Part shown: positions 35,016 to 44,522 of the stretch, in pieces
How positions within the stretch are numbered: position 1 is the stretch's first letter
Layout of the letters: every line of letters starts with the position of its first letter
DNA from: an uncultured Candidatus Poseidoniales archaeon
GTDB lineage: Archaea > Thermoplasmatota > Poseidoniia > Poseidoniales > Thalassarchaeaceae
Direction: 5' to 3'
DNA length: 59,296 nt
Assembly (NCBI GenBank): GCA_964414525.1
Contig: CAYPWN010000001.1
Span: forward strand, 1-59,296
Made by a program: the position numbers and the translations under genes
Notes under the pieces: generated by a model
Told to the model about the DNA's origin: nothing
Databases searched by the model: none
What the model saw: the letters and a program-made list of their open reading frames with translations, nothing else

Positions 35016-35456
35016 TTGGGTCGAGGCCTTTTCTCCGGTTCGAAGATGAAGTCAGATCGTAAGAAGTATCGATGGAAGGAAAGGCAATTCAGAAACAGAC
35101 AGGCAAAGAGAAAGCATGGCGGAGTTCTCAAGCACGATCCACTTAGGGGTAGCCCACAGGCAAAGGGTATCGTCATCGAGAAGGTTGGTTTCGAGGCAAA
35201 ACAACCTAATTCCGCAATTAGAAAGGCCGTGAAGATTAGTCTAATTAGGACCGGAAACAGACTCACTGCTTTCGCTCCTGGAGATGGGGCTATTTCGTTC
35301 ATAGACGAACACGACGAGGTAATGGTCGAAGGAATCGGTGGCAGCAAGGGAAGATCATACGGGGATCTCCCAGGAGTTAGGTACAAGGTGATCAAGGTCA
35401 ACGGAGTTTCGCTTGACGAAATGGTTCGAGGAAGAAAGGAGAAGCCTGTCCGCTAG
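35016..35456 (+). CDS. rps12: Ribosomal protein S12 (uS12)
   Basis: [30 protein letters not shown]...[18 protein letters not shown] is present. Confidence 0.95.
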   Translation: MGRGLFSGSKMKSDRKKYRWKERQFRNRQAKRKHGGVLKHDPLRGSPQAKGIVIEKVGFEAKQPNSAIRKAVKISLIRTGNRLTAFAPGDGAISFIDEHDEVMVEGIGGSKGRSYGDLPGVRYKVIKVNGVSLDEMVRGRKEKPVR

Positions 35457-35465
35457 GGTGAGAAG

Positions 35466-36095
35466 ATGGAAGACTCGAACGATAACCCCCCAGTAGAATC
35501 GAAAGATACCGAGGAAGCCCCAATTGCTGGAATTGGCACTATGGTTTTCGAGAAGTGGGACGCTAGCGAAGTTGTTTGCAGCGACCCGGGAATTTCGAGA
35601 TACGTGAACCTGAAGATGATAGGTGCTCCTCACACCGGGGGGAGGCATGCAAATGCATGGTTTGGAAAGCAAGATTTGTCGGTTACCGAGAGATTCATCA
35701 ACAACCTGATGAGATCTGGAAAGTACAGCGGTAAGAAGCAGTATTGCGCCAAGTCTCTGGAAGAGGCTTTTGATAGGATAAACGCGAAAAGCGGCGAAAA
35801 CCCGCTGCAGAAGTTCATTGATGCAATAACTGAAGCTGCTCCATGTGAGGAGACAACCCGGGTGAGAATCGGAGCAGTTAGCCAGCCAAAGGCTGTGGAT
35901 TCCTCCCCTAGCAGAAGGCTCGACGTCGCACTGAGAAATCTCGCAATAGGATCAGCATCAGCTACGATGAAGAGTAAGAAGTCCTTAACAGAGGGTATAA
36001 TCTCTGAAATTTCCAAGGCAGCGGAGGGGGACGTTAACTCCTTCGCCGTCGGAAAGAGGCATGAGGTGGAGAGAATTGCCGCCTCTGCCCGATGA
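35466..36095 (+). CDS. rps7: Ribosomal protein S7 (uS7)
   Basis: It follows S12. It contains RFINNLMRSGKYSGKK and a C-terminal ...VERIAASAR. An AGGGTGAG SD lies upstream. Confidence 0.95.
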   Translation: MEDSNDNPPVESKDTEEAPIAGIGTMVFEKWDASEVVCSDPGISRYVNLKMIGAPHTGGRHANAWFGKQDLSVTERFINNLMRSGKYSGKKQYCAKSLEEAFDRINAKSGENPLQKFIDAITEAAPCEETTRVRIGAVSQPKAVDSSPSRRLDVALRNLAIGSASATMKSKKSLTEGIISEISKAAEGDVNSFAVGKRHEVERIAASAR

Positions 36096-36176
36096 GCCTA
36101 ATCTGCCATTCTTCAGCCGTTCCCCAGCCGCTTTTCAATCGTCTTTATGAACCGTTTTCAGGTCGGCAAAATATCA

Positions 36177-36183
36177 GGGTGAT
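36177..36183 (+). promoter_or_regulatory. Shine-Dalgarno-like site (GGGTGAT) for EF-2
   Basis: GGGTGAT ends 3 nt before the ATG at 36187. Confidence 0.45.
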
Positions 36184-36186
36184 AAG

Positions 36187-38394
36187 ATGGGTCGCAAGGA
36201 GGACAACATTAAGCGTGCCACAGAGGTAATGCACATTCGGGAAAGGATCCGGAATCTCGCAATCGCAGCACACATAGACCACGGAAAGACCACACTCTCG
36301 GACAATCTCATTGCTGGCGCTGGCATGATGTCGGAGGAACTGGCTGGTAAATCTCGTGTTTTGGACTTCGATGACCAGGAAAGCGCCAGAGGGATCACAA
36401 TCAATGCGGCCAGCGCTTCAATGGTGCACGGTGTGAATGGTGAGGACTATCTCATCAATCTGATTGACACCCCCGGCCACGTAGACTTCGGTGGAGACGT
36501 TACTCGTGCCATGCGCGCTGTCGATGGGTGCATCATCCTCACGTGTGCCGTTGAGGGAGCAATGCCTCAGACGGAGACAGTTGTCAGGCAGGCCCTGAAG
36601 GAGAAGGTACGACCGGTCCTTTTCATCAACAAGGTTGACCGCCTCATAAACGAGCTTCAAGTAACTCCTGAGGACATGATGGCAAGGTTTCAGGTCCAGA
36701 TAAAGAAGGTTAACGACCTAATCAGGGCTTTCGCACCAGACGAGCACAAGTCGGATTGGCAGGTCGATGTTTCGAAGGGTACAGTGGCTTTCGGGTCCGC
36801 ATACCACAACTGGGGGATTACTGTTCCGTACATGCAGAAGTCGGGTGTTAATTTCACCCAGATTTTCGAGTACTGCAACAACGAGGAACAAAAGGAGCTT
36901 GCCAAGAAAGCTCCTGTCCACGAAGTGCTGCTTGATATGGCAGTTGAGAAGCTACCTTCGCCACTAATAGCTCAGGAATACAGAATCCCAAACATCTGGC
37001 AAGGGGAGCTTGAATCGGAAGTAGGAAAGTCAATGGTAGGGTGTAATGCAGACGGACCCCTGTCTTTGATGATAACGAAGATATGGATGGATCCCCATGC
37101 TGGCGAGGTTGCAGTTGGCAGGGTCTATTCCGGAACAATAAAGCAAGGCGAGAAAGTCTGGGCTATCGGGTCTGGTAAGTCTGAGAGGGTCCAGCAGGTC
37201 AGTATGATGGTGGGGGGGGACAGGATACAGGTCCCAGGTGTTTCAGCCGGAAACATTGCTGCATTGACTGGGGTCAGGAGTGCTGCAGCAGGCGTTACAA
37301 TCTCTATGGAGCAGGACGCAACTCCATTTGAGGCAATCAGGCACTACTCAGAGCCCGTGGTCACCGTAGCAATTGAACCAAAATCAATGAAAGATCTCCC
37401 CAAATTCATTGGAGCATTGCGTGGTCTCGCTAAGGCGGACGCATCGCTTTCCGTGGACACAAATCATGAGACCGGAGAAGCCCTTCTTTCTGGAATGGGC
37501 GAGCTCCATCTGGAGATTACAATTTACAGGCTTGAAGAGGAGCAAGGAATCAAGGTTAACCAGAGCAATCCGATTGTTGTTTACAGAGAGTCGATTTCAA
37601 GTGATAACAAAGGAAGAGCATTCGAAGGAAAGTCTCCTAACAGGCACAACCGTTTCTATGTCGAGGTTGAGCAGTTGCCCGAAGACGTTGTTTCTGCACT
37701 TAGGGAAGGAGTACTTGGGGATGGCTCGGTTAGAACAAAGGATGCCAAAGAGACGGGTAACAAATTCGCGGAATATGGGATGGACAAGGATCTAATGAGG
37801 AAGATTTACGCAATAAACGCAACATCCGTCCTAGTTAATGATACAAAGGGTATCCAGAACCTCCACGAGACTAGGGAGCTGATAATTGAAGCATTCAACG
37901 ATGTCTGCAAGAAGGGACCCATTGCGGACGAGCCTCTCACGGGGGTAATGGTACGCCTGGTGGATGCGAAGTTGCACGAAGACGCGATCCACAGGGGCCC
38001 AGCACAGACTATACCCGCTGTCAGGAACGCGATTAAAGGCGCACTGATTAGGGCAAACTCTGTGATGTTCGAGCCAATTCAGAAAATCCGGATCGATGCC
38101 CCCACAGAGTGGGCCGGGGGAATCACACGTCAACTGATAACTAGGAGAGGGGTCATTGAGGACATGCCCGTGGAGGGGGATGTTACGTGTGTGATAGGCA
38201 AAATGCCGGTCGCGGAATCTTTTGGATTCTCTAACGACATCAGGGCCGCCACTCAGGGGAGGGCCGTTTGGAACACCGAGAATGCCGGTTACGAGCAAGT
38301 TCCGCCTGATCTTTTCCATAAGACGGTGGGGGAAATACGACAGAGGAAGGGACTGAAGGAAGAAATCCCCGGGGAGTCACAATACACAGATTGA
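36187..38394 (+). CDS. fusA: Elongation factor 2 (aEF-2)
   Basis: GTPase motifs AHIDHGKTT and DTPGHVDF are present. The diphthamide loop is LHEDAIHRGPAQ, with the target His codon at 37990-37992. Confidence 0.97.
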   Translation: MGRKEDNIKRATEVMHIRERIRNLAIAAHIDHGKTTLSDNLIAGAGMMSEELAGKSRVLDFDDQESARGITINAASASMVHGVNGEDYLINLIDTPGHVDFGGDVTRAMRAVDGCIILTCAVEGAMPQTETVVRQALKEKVRPVLFINKVDRLINELQVTPEDMMARFQVQIKKVNDLIRAFAPDEHKSDWQVDVSKGTVAFGSAYHNWGITVPYMQKSGVNFTQIFEYCNNEEQKELAKKAPVHEVLLDMAVEKLPSPLIAQEYRIPNIWQGELESEVGKSMVGCNADGPLSLMITKIWMDPHAGEVAVGRVYSGTIKQGEKVWAIGSGKSERVQQVSMMVGGDRIQVPGVSAGNIAALTGVRSAAAGVTISMEQDATPFEAIRHYSEPVVTVAIEPKSMKDLPKFIGALRGLAKADASLSVDTNHETGEALLSGMGELHLEITIYRLEEEQGIKVNQSNPIVVYRESISSDNKGRAFEGKSPNRHNRFYVEVEQLPEDVVSALREGVLGDGSVRTKDAKETGNKFAEYGMDKDLMRKIYAINATSVLVNDTKGIQNLHETRELIIEAFNDVCKKGPIADEPLTGVMVRLVDAKLHEDAIHRGPAQTIPAVRNAIKGALIRANSVMFEPIQKIRIDAPTEWAGGITRQLITRRGVIEDMPVEGDVTCVIGKMPVAESFGFSNDIRAATQGRAVWNTENAGYEQVPPDLFHKTVGEIRQRKGLKEEIPGESQYTD

Positions 38395-40119
38395 TCAGTT
38401 GACCCTTGTAATCTGGAAGTCAGTCAACTCCCTCAAAACACCCACAGCACTACTCTCGACTAATTTGTCTAGGCATTGATGAGCAATAGAGTGGTGGTGG
38501 AGAGCCCTCTCTCTGGCATACTCGATAGAGCCGGACCCCCTCAATTCCTCGACTGCACTTGCTAGGTCATCGTCACTGCAAGCCCCAGAACCGTAAACCC
38601 TGTTGAAGAATGGTAACTCCTCATCGCACTGCAATGCATGAATAGCAATCAGTGTCCTTTTGCCCTGAACTAAATCTGAGCCAGCAGGCTTACCCAGAGT
38701 CTCCGTATCTCCTGTAATGTCAATAAGATCATCCATTAGTTGGAAACATAGCCCTAGGTTCAACCCCCAATCTGCCATGTTGCTTACTACAGCCCCTTCT
38801 GCTCCAGCCAGAATCGCCCCTGTCCTAGCGCATGTTTCGAACATTGCACTGGTCTTTCCAGCTATCATGGCTATGTACTCGTCTTCGGTGACTGTAGCTC
38901 GTTTCTCAAATTCAATGTCCTCTTGCTGACCTTCAGCGACCTTTCTCACCATCTCCCCTATGGAGGTAATCAGTTGTCCTAGGTTGCTGCTAGGAATATG
39001 TTCGGACTCGGCTAGAATCTCGAACCCAACAGCAAGCATCGCGTCTCCTGCATTTATTGCAGTCGCATCATCATATGCAATGTGTACTGCATCAAGCCCC
39101 CTTCTGATGGGATCCTGATCAATAATGTCATCATGTATGAGGGTGAAGTTATGGATGATTTCAATCGATGCGCCTAGGATATAGTGCCCTTCGTTCTCCC
39201 CACCAATTGCCTCCGCTACCAGTCTGGGCAAAATAGCTCTGAGCCTCTTCCCCCCTCCTTTGAACAAGTGTGTCATGGCCGAATAGAGTGTATCCTGACC
39301 CATTTTGCTCAAGCTATTCATTATTACCCCCTCCACTATATCTCGGTGTTCAGCAAGTGTATCAAGCAAACTTATCCCAGAGTATACTGAATCGCCATTC
39401 ATGTCGACTTCACCACAATACACTATCTCATTCTTCTTCGAATTTGCGATTGAATCGGGAATGCAGTCATTTGGCATGGCGAAATTCCGCCAGATTAGTC
39501 TGAACCAGGGTGCCACAATCTCGTTTTCCCACTCTCCTTCTCCCGACATCATACGCTCAATGTTTGCCCCATCAGCCCAAATCACATCAGAGATCTCGTT
39601 CTCATTCTGATTCACTTCGGTGTCGCTGATTACTACGAGGATATGGTCTATTTCTCGTTCGATCCATTCCTCACTCCACCTGCAGGAATACTCCATCAAC
39701 CCGATGTGGTGGAAGTCCCAAGAATCAGTGGTCTCTCTCGATATCCCGAGCTCCTGCTCTAGCTTCCTTTTTGCCGCATTTATTGCCCCCTCCTCACCGC
39801 CTACCTCATCCACCAAGTCAAGTGGATGGCTGCAACAACTGTTTGCCCAGACGCCCGGGAAGGTAATTTTCTCAGACGCCCTCTTCTGAATCAGGAGGCG
39901 CCCTTCGGTGTCGAAAATTAGAACACTGAACGCCCTATGGCGTTCTCCTAGGCCCTTATGGCATCCTAATTTGGACATTGTTCCCACCACATTGTCCTTT
40001 TCATCGACCAGTAGGCACATCTCTTTCATCATCAGAGACTGGGCCGCGTCGTGGTTTTCTAGGGAGTCCATGTCTGGGACCATTCTAGACAGATGGGGAG
40101 GAGGTGTGTATATGAACAC
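38395..40119 (-). CDS. Fusion protein: type-1 isopentenyl-diphosphate isomerase (N-terminal) + geranylgeranyl diphosphate synthase (C-terminal)
   Basis: The N-terminal half has HRAFSVLIFDTEGRLLIQKRASEKITFPGVWANSCCSHPL and PWFRLIW (IDI1). The C-terminal half has FARM LIHDDIIDQD and SARM FQLMDDLIDITG. The start is GTG at 40119, abutting the ipk stop, or ATG at 40083. Confidence 0.85.
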   Translation of the reverse strand: MFIYTPPPHLSRMVPDMDSLENHDAAQSLMMKEMCLLVDEKDNVVGTMSKLGCHKGLGERHRAFSVLIFDTEGRLLIQKRASEKITFPGVWANSCCSHPLDLVDEVGGEEGAINAAKRKLEQELGISRETTDSWDFHHIGLMEYSCRWSEEWIEREIDHILVVISDTEVNQNENEISDVIWADGANIERMMSGEGEWENEIVAPWFRLIWRNFAMPNDCIPDSIANSKKNEIVYCGEVDMNGDSVYSGISLLDTLAEHRDIVEGVIMNSLSKMGQDTLYSAMTHLFKGGGKRLRAILPRLVAEAIGGENEGHYILGASIEIIHNFTLIHDDIIDQDPIRRGLDAVHIAYDDATAINAGDAMLAVGFEILAESEHIPSSNLGQLITSIGEMVRKVAEGQQEDIEFEKRATVTEDEYIAMIAGKTSAMFETCARTGAILAGAEGAVVSNMADWGLNLGLCFQLMDDLIDITGDTETLGKPAGSDLVQGKRTLIAIHALQCDEELPFFNRVYGSGACSDDDLASAVEELRGSGSIEYARERALHHHSIAHQCLDKLVESSAVGVLRELTDFQITRVN

Positions 40120-40959
40120 TCAACCGGGTAATATCTTGGTCCCCAGAGTTTCTCCTGTCTGCACCAGTTCTATGATCCTCTCAGGCTCTCTACCATCTAA
40201 AATCCAGACCTGTTCGACAGATTCCGAGATCTCGCCAGCCCTCTTAATCTTCAACAATATTCCGCCCGTGACGTCTATCTCAGATTTGTGTTCTGACATG
40301 AAATCCATACTGGGCCCCCATGTAGGCAGAAGTCTAGCACCCCTTTCATTAGGCGGTCTGTCCATTATTCCCTGAGCGTCCGCCATCAAGAATATTGAGT
40401 GTGTAACCTCGGGGAGTTCCTTGGATAACCGAAGCATCAGGTCATCTCCTGAAAGAATCCCAAATTCCGACCCGTCTTCCATGTTTACTACGTCACCAAA
40501 AGTAATCGGAATCGGCTTATCGGACATGCGATTGAATCTAGCCAGATTCCCATTGAAATCCCTTCCAGTCCCCGTGACCCACTCTGATGGGGGGTGGCTT
40601 TCGCATTCAAGCCCCATATCTTCTAAACTTGATACCACGAATGCATTCAAATCCTTCATATCGGATCTTATTTTTTGAACCGCTTCTCTCTGACTGGACG
40701 CGATATCGGGGACTAGCCCATCTACAATTGACCACTCTTTAGCAAGAATGTGTCCGAACGAACCCGCACCGTGGACTAATACAATCGACGCACCTAAGCC
40801 AGATAACTTAGAAATCGCAATCGACACTGCTTCCATGCTCTCAGCATCGAATGTCCTCATGGAGTCTTTCTGAGTAATTAGCCCTCCACCTAACTTGATT
40901 ACAACCCTGGCGTCCATCTTATGCCAATTGTCAATGGACATGTATTCTAATATTTTCAA
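40120..40959 (-). CDS. ipk: Isopentenyl phosphate kinase (amino-acid-kinase fold)
   Basis: VIKLGGGLITQKD and LVHGAGSFGH are present. An internal ATG (MDARVVIKLGG) is a possible alternative start. Confidence 0.85.
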   Translation of the reverse strand: MKILEYMSIDNWHKMDARVVIKLGGGLITQKDSMRTFDAESMEAVSIAISKLSGLGASIVLVHGAGSFGHILAKEWSIVDGLVPDIASSQREAVQKIRSDMKDLNAFVVSSLEDMGLECESHPPSEWVTGTGRDFNGNLARFNRMSDKPIPITFGDVVNMEDGSEFGILSGDDLMLRLSKELPEVTHSIFLMADAQGIMDRPPNERGARLLPTWGPSMDFMSEHKSEIDVTGGILLKIKRAGEISESVEQVWILDGREPERIIELVQTGETLGTKILPG

Positions 40960-41002
40960 ACTAATGCGTACAGTTTAATCAGTAACGCTAGGTGGTTCGA
41001 CC

Positions 41003-41320
41003 GTGGAAGGTGGATCTGAGTTGGAGAGGCTTCAAAGGTGGCTCCAATCCGAGTTGTCCGAAGCCTCATTTATTGAGGATAAGAAGGAGAGGGAAAGGAG
41101 GCAGATCCAGATCCAGATAGCTATTTCGGAGATTATCAGGTACCGGGATATCGTAAGCAGCCTAGCTCTCGTCTCATCTCCATTTGTCGAGAGGGAGAAT
41201 ACTGTCAGGGACCCTAGCAACTCCGAAGTAAAACCCAACACAAAATCCGGGGAATGTCATGCATGTGGGGCTTCAAGGAGTAATGACATAGAATTCTGCC
41301 CGGTATGCGGGGAATTCTAG
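41003..41320 (+). CDS. Hypothetical coiled-coil protein with a C-terminal zinc ribbon
   Basis: The only available start is GTG. It ends CHACGASRSNDIEFCPVCGEF. Its stop abuts the kptA stop. Confidence 0.4.
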   Translation: MEGGSELERLQRWLQSELSEASFIEDKKERERRQIQIQIAISEIIRYRDIVSSLALVSSPFVERENTVRDPSNSEVKPNTKSGECHACGASRSNDIEFCPVCGEF

Positions 41321-42007
41321 TTATTCTTCTTCGCTCCAAGATTCCCGTAATAGTGACAACTCGGGATCCTCGCTGTCTACAATGCTCAGGAACTCGCCTG
41401 CTACGCTGTCCGTTAGAAAAACAGTTACTCCGGCGTGCCAAATTGTCTCGCCTGATGCTGTCATTCTTGCCGTATCAACCTCGATGATTGTGGGATCGCT
41501 GTGGTGAAAGCGTCCAGCCTCTGCTGCAGACCTAATTGTAGCCGAAAGATGAACATGAGACCTGTCTCCCGGACTAATGCCTATTTCTAGCAGATTTTCA
41601 GACTCATTGGGGTCACATGGATAGAATAGTGAGTCTGGAATGTTGGCAGACGGTAGATCCAACTCAATCTCAACAGTATGACCGTATGTCGCTCTCATCA
41701 TATTTCCACGTACTTCGTACCTGCCCTTGGGATCGGTCTCAGAGATCGCCGAAAGATGGTGTGGTCTTAGCCAATGTTGCCTTCTCCTACCATCCTTGAA
41801 CTTCCTTACTATGTCCCTCACATCGATCCAGCCATTAATGTCCATCTCAAGATCGAATTTCTCTGGGGCGTGCCTCAGCACCAGAGCAAGCTTCCTTGCC
41901 ATGCTATCCCTTTCCCTTGTACTCATCACGAACTTTCCTTCTGAGTTACATGCTGGACATAGGTCGTCGTCAGAAAAATATCCGTGCATAGAGCATTCCC
42001 TGATCAT
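41321..42007 (-). CDS. kptA: RNA 2'-phosphotransferase KptA/Tpt1
   Basis: KLALVLRHAPEKFDLEMDINGWIDV and RYEVRGNMMRATYGHTV are present. I chose the ATG at 42007, which adds a short Cys/His N-terminal segment (CSMH...CPAC). The ORF to 42196 would overlap the divergent thiolase. Confidence 0.8.
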   Translation of the reverse strand: MIRECSMHGYFSDDDLCPACNSEGKFVMSTRERDSMARKLALVLRHAPEKFDLEMDINGWIDVRDIVRKFKDGRRRQHWLRPHHLSAISETDPKGRYEVRGNMMRATYGHTVEIELDLPSANIPDSLFYPCDPNESENLLEIGISPGDRSHVHLSATIRSAAEAGRFHHSDPTIIEVDTARMTASGETIWHAGVTVFLTDSVAGEFLSIVDSEDPELSLLRESWSEEE

Positions 42008-42100
42008 GTCTCCCCCCCGTCGACGATTATTGAAGAACCCAACGGTCTCGAATGTTTGGGTTCTGGGAACCGTTATGGGCTCGCCACTTGACGAGAGCGC

Positions 42101-43237
42101 GTGAGAGCGGTAATTGCTGATTGGTGCCGGTCGCCATTCACTAGGGCCCACAAGGGCGAGCTTTCGAACGTCAGGCCCGATGAGTTGGGTGCCCAAGTAA
42201 TTCGATCTCTCATGAGCAAATCATCCTTAGAACCCTCCCTAATAGATGACATAATTGTCGGGTGTGCATATCCTGAAGGTGAGCAGGGATACAATATAGG
42301 GCGAATATTGGCATTTCTGGGGGGGCTCTCACATGAAATTCCTGGATACACCGTAAATCGACTATGCGGATCCTCTATGCAAGCTATCCTTAGCGCATCT
42401 GCTAATATCTCAGCAGGATATGGGGATTGCTTCCTTTGCGGAGGAGTAGAGTCGATGTCCAGAATACAGAGAAGGGGATTCAATTGGAGTCCCCACCCCG
42501 GACTAGTGGAAGAATACCCCGAGGCATACGTTAACATGGGCGTTACAGCAGAGAATGTAGCTTCTCTACACGGGATTTCCAGATTGGATCAGGAGTCATA
42601 CTCACTCGAGTCTCATAGAAAGGCAGCAATGTCTCATTCAGAGGGGAGATTCTCGGAAGAGATAGTCCCCATTTCTGTTAGTGGCTCTGAGGTTTATTCC
42701 GACGGGTGCATCCGATCCGATACATCACTGGATTCTATGTCTGCGTTGAAGCCTGCTTTCGTAAAGAATGGCTCAGTTACTGCAGCGACTTCATCGCCAT
42801 TGACCGATGGAGCGGTATTCTCACTAGTATGCAGTGACGACTTCGCAGAATCTCATTCATTGTCGCCTATGGCCGCAATCGTAACAGGTGCTGTTTCGGG
42901 ATGTCCCCCCGAACTAATGGGGCTAGGGCCTATTGCTGCTACTAAGATCGCCTTGGGCAGGGCCGGGTGGGAAATTGGTGAAGTAGATGTGTTCGAATTG
43001 AACGAGGCGTTCTCATCTCAGAGCATAGCATGCATTAACGAGCTCGGCATAGATTCGGACAAGGTAAACATTGATGGCGGTGCCTTGGCAATAGGCCATC
43101 CCCTTGGGGCCTCTGGAGCTAGGATTGCTTGCAAGGCAGCCAGCATATTGAAACGAACCGGCGGAAAGAAGGCCCTGGCTACAATGTGCATAGGCGGCGG
43201 AATGGGAATCGCTATAGCCCTTGAAGCTCTACCGTAA
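42101..43237 (+). CDS. fadA: 3-ketoacyl-CoA thiolase / acetyl-CoA acyltransferase (FadA-like)
   Basis: VNRLCGSSMQAI (active-site Cys), GHPLGASGARI and CIGGGMGIA are present. The start is GTG. Confidence 0.85.
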   Translation: MRAVIADWCRSPFTRAHKGELSNVRPDELGAQVIRSLMSKSSLEPSLIDDIIVGCAYPEGEQGYNIGRILAFLGGLSHEIPGYTVNRLCGSSMQAILSASANISAGYGDCFLCGGVESMSRIQRRGFNWSPHPGLVEEYPEAYVNMGVTAENVASLHGISRLDQESYSLESHRKAAMSHSEGRFSEEIVPISVSGSEVYSDGCIRSDTSLDSMSALKPAFVKNGSVTAATSSPLTDGAVFSLVCSDDFAESHSLSPMAAIVTGAVSGCPPELMGLGPIAATKIALGRAGWEIGEVDVFELNEAFSSQSIACINELGIDSDKVNIDGGALAIGHPLGASGARIACKAASILKRTGGKKALATMCIGGGMGIAIALEALP

Positions 43238-43282
43238 TCATTCATCCGACGAACTGATGAATGAGCTAGATATGGGGCCCCC

Positions 43283-44473
43283 ATGAGTGAGGACATTGGC
43301 GTACGAACGCTCAGTGGATGTTTACTTGGAAAGCAAATCGTCATGGTAGTTTCCGGAGGCATAGCAGCGACCGAGTCAATCAAACTCGCCAGAGAGTTGA
43401 GGAGGCATGGAGCTAGAGTCTTCGCAGTCATGACAAAATCAGCAGAGCAAGTCGTAACCCCTTTGGCTGTATCGTGGGGATCGGGGTTAGATGTACTAAC
43501 CGAATGGGACCCAAAGATGTCGCAACTCGGAGGATTTGATGGGTTATTGCTAGCCCCGGCGACTAGGAATACCATTGCAAAGTTCGTCCACGGGATAATC
43601 GACTCACCTGCAATGATGGCCCTCTCTGCAGCCTCGGGGAATGATACGCCAATGATGTTCGTCCCTTCTATGCACGATGATCTCTTCGACGACCGAGTTA
43701 CCACTGAATTGCTGGAATCTGTCACTGAAATGGGGGTTGATGCATTTGTTGATGACTCCAAGGAAGGAAGAAGAAAGCAACCTGATCCAGTATCAATAGT
43801 TGGAAACTTCTGCCATTTGTTGAACAGCGGTTTGCCGGGTAGGAAATCCGTAGCAGTTACTCTGGGGGGCAATCGGGCACCTATCGACTCAATCCGGTAC
43901 GTCCAGAATACTTCTACAGGCAAGACGGGTTGGGCAATTTCCGAGCATCTTCACCGAATGGGCCACACCGTTGTGTGTATAGCAGGTTTTACGACAACAG
44001 AACCCGGATTTGAATTACCTGACGTCAGACACAATCCTACACCCGATGGAATGCTCGAACTTTCAATCGACCTGGCTTGCTCGGAACAAAAACCCGACTC
44101 CTGGATCCATGTCGCGGCCGTATTAGATTATGTGCCAGAATTCAGTGAAGGCAAGCATCCTAGCCAAGATCAGAATTGGCAAATTAATCTTAAACCATCA
44201 AAGAAACATATCAGAGAACTTTCAACACTCGTTGCAGGGTCAAAGAGGATTGGCTTCAAGCTAGAAGTAGGACCTGATGAATATTTGATTGAGAGGGCAA
44301 TGGATTTGATGGTTGAAAATGACCTAGACGCAGTCGTTGCTAACCTACTACACGAGTCTTCTGGGGAAGGTGAGATTAGGTGTCGGATAGTTTTACCAGA
44401 CGGCGAGGCAAGTGAGATAGGCGATTTGGCAGATTTGTGCAAAACATTGGAAGAATTCATTTCGGCAGATTGA
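43283..44473 (+). CDS. coaBC: Bifunctional phosphopantothenoylcysteine decarboxylase / phosphopantothenate-cysteine ligase
   Basis: The flavoprotein N-terminus has GKQIVMVVSGGIAATESIKLAREL. The CoaB half has GGNRAPIDSIRYVQNTSTGKTG. Confidence 0.9.
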   Translation: MSEDIGVRTLSGCLLGKQIVMVVSGGIAATESIKLARELRRHGARVFAVMTKSAEQVVTPLAVSWGSGLDVLTEWDPKMSQLGGFDGLLLAPATRNTIAKFVHGIIDSPAMMALSAASGNDTPMMFVPSMHDDLFDDRVTTELLESVTEMGVDAFVDDSKEGRRKQPDPVSIVGNFCHLLNSGLPGRKSVAVTLGGNRAPIDSIRYVQNTSTGKTGWAISEHLHRMGHTVVCIAGFTTTEPGFELPDVRHNPTPDGMLELSIDLACSEQKPDSWIHVAAVLDYVPEFSEGKHPSQDQNWQINLKPSKKHIRELSTLVAGSKRIGFKLEVGPDEYLIERAMDLMVENDLDAVVANLLHESSGEGEIRCRIVLPDGEASEIGDLADLCKTLEEFISAD

Positions 44474-44522
44474 CCAGAATTGGAACGAATGATTGAAGCG
44501 AACTGCCACTGGGGGTTGAAAC

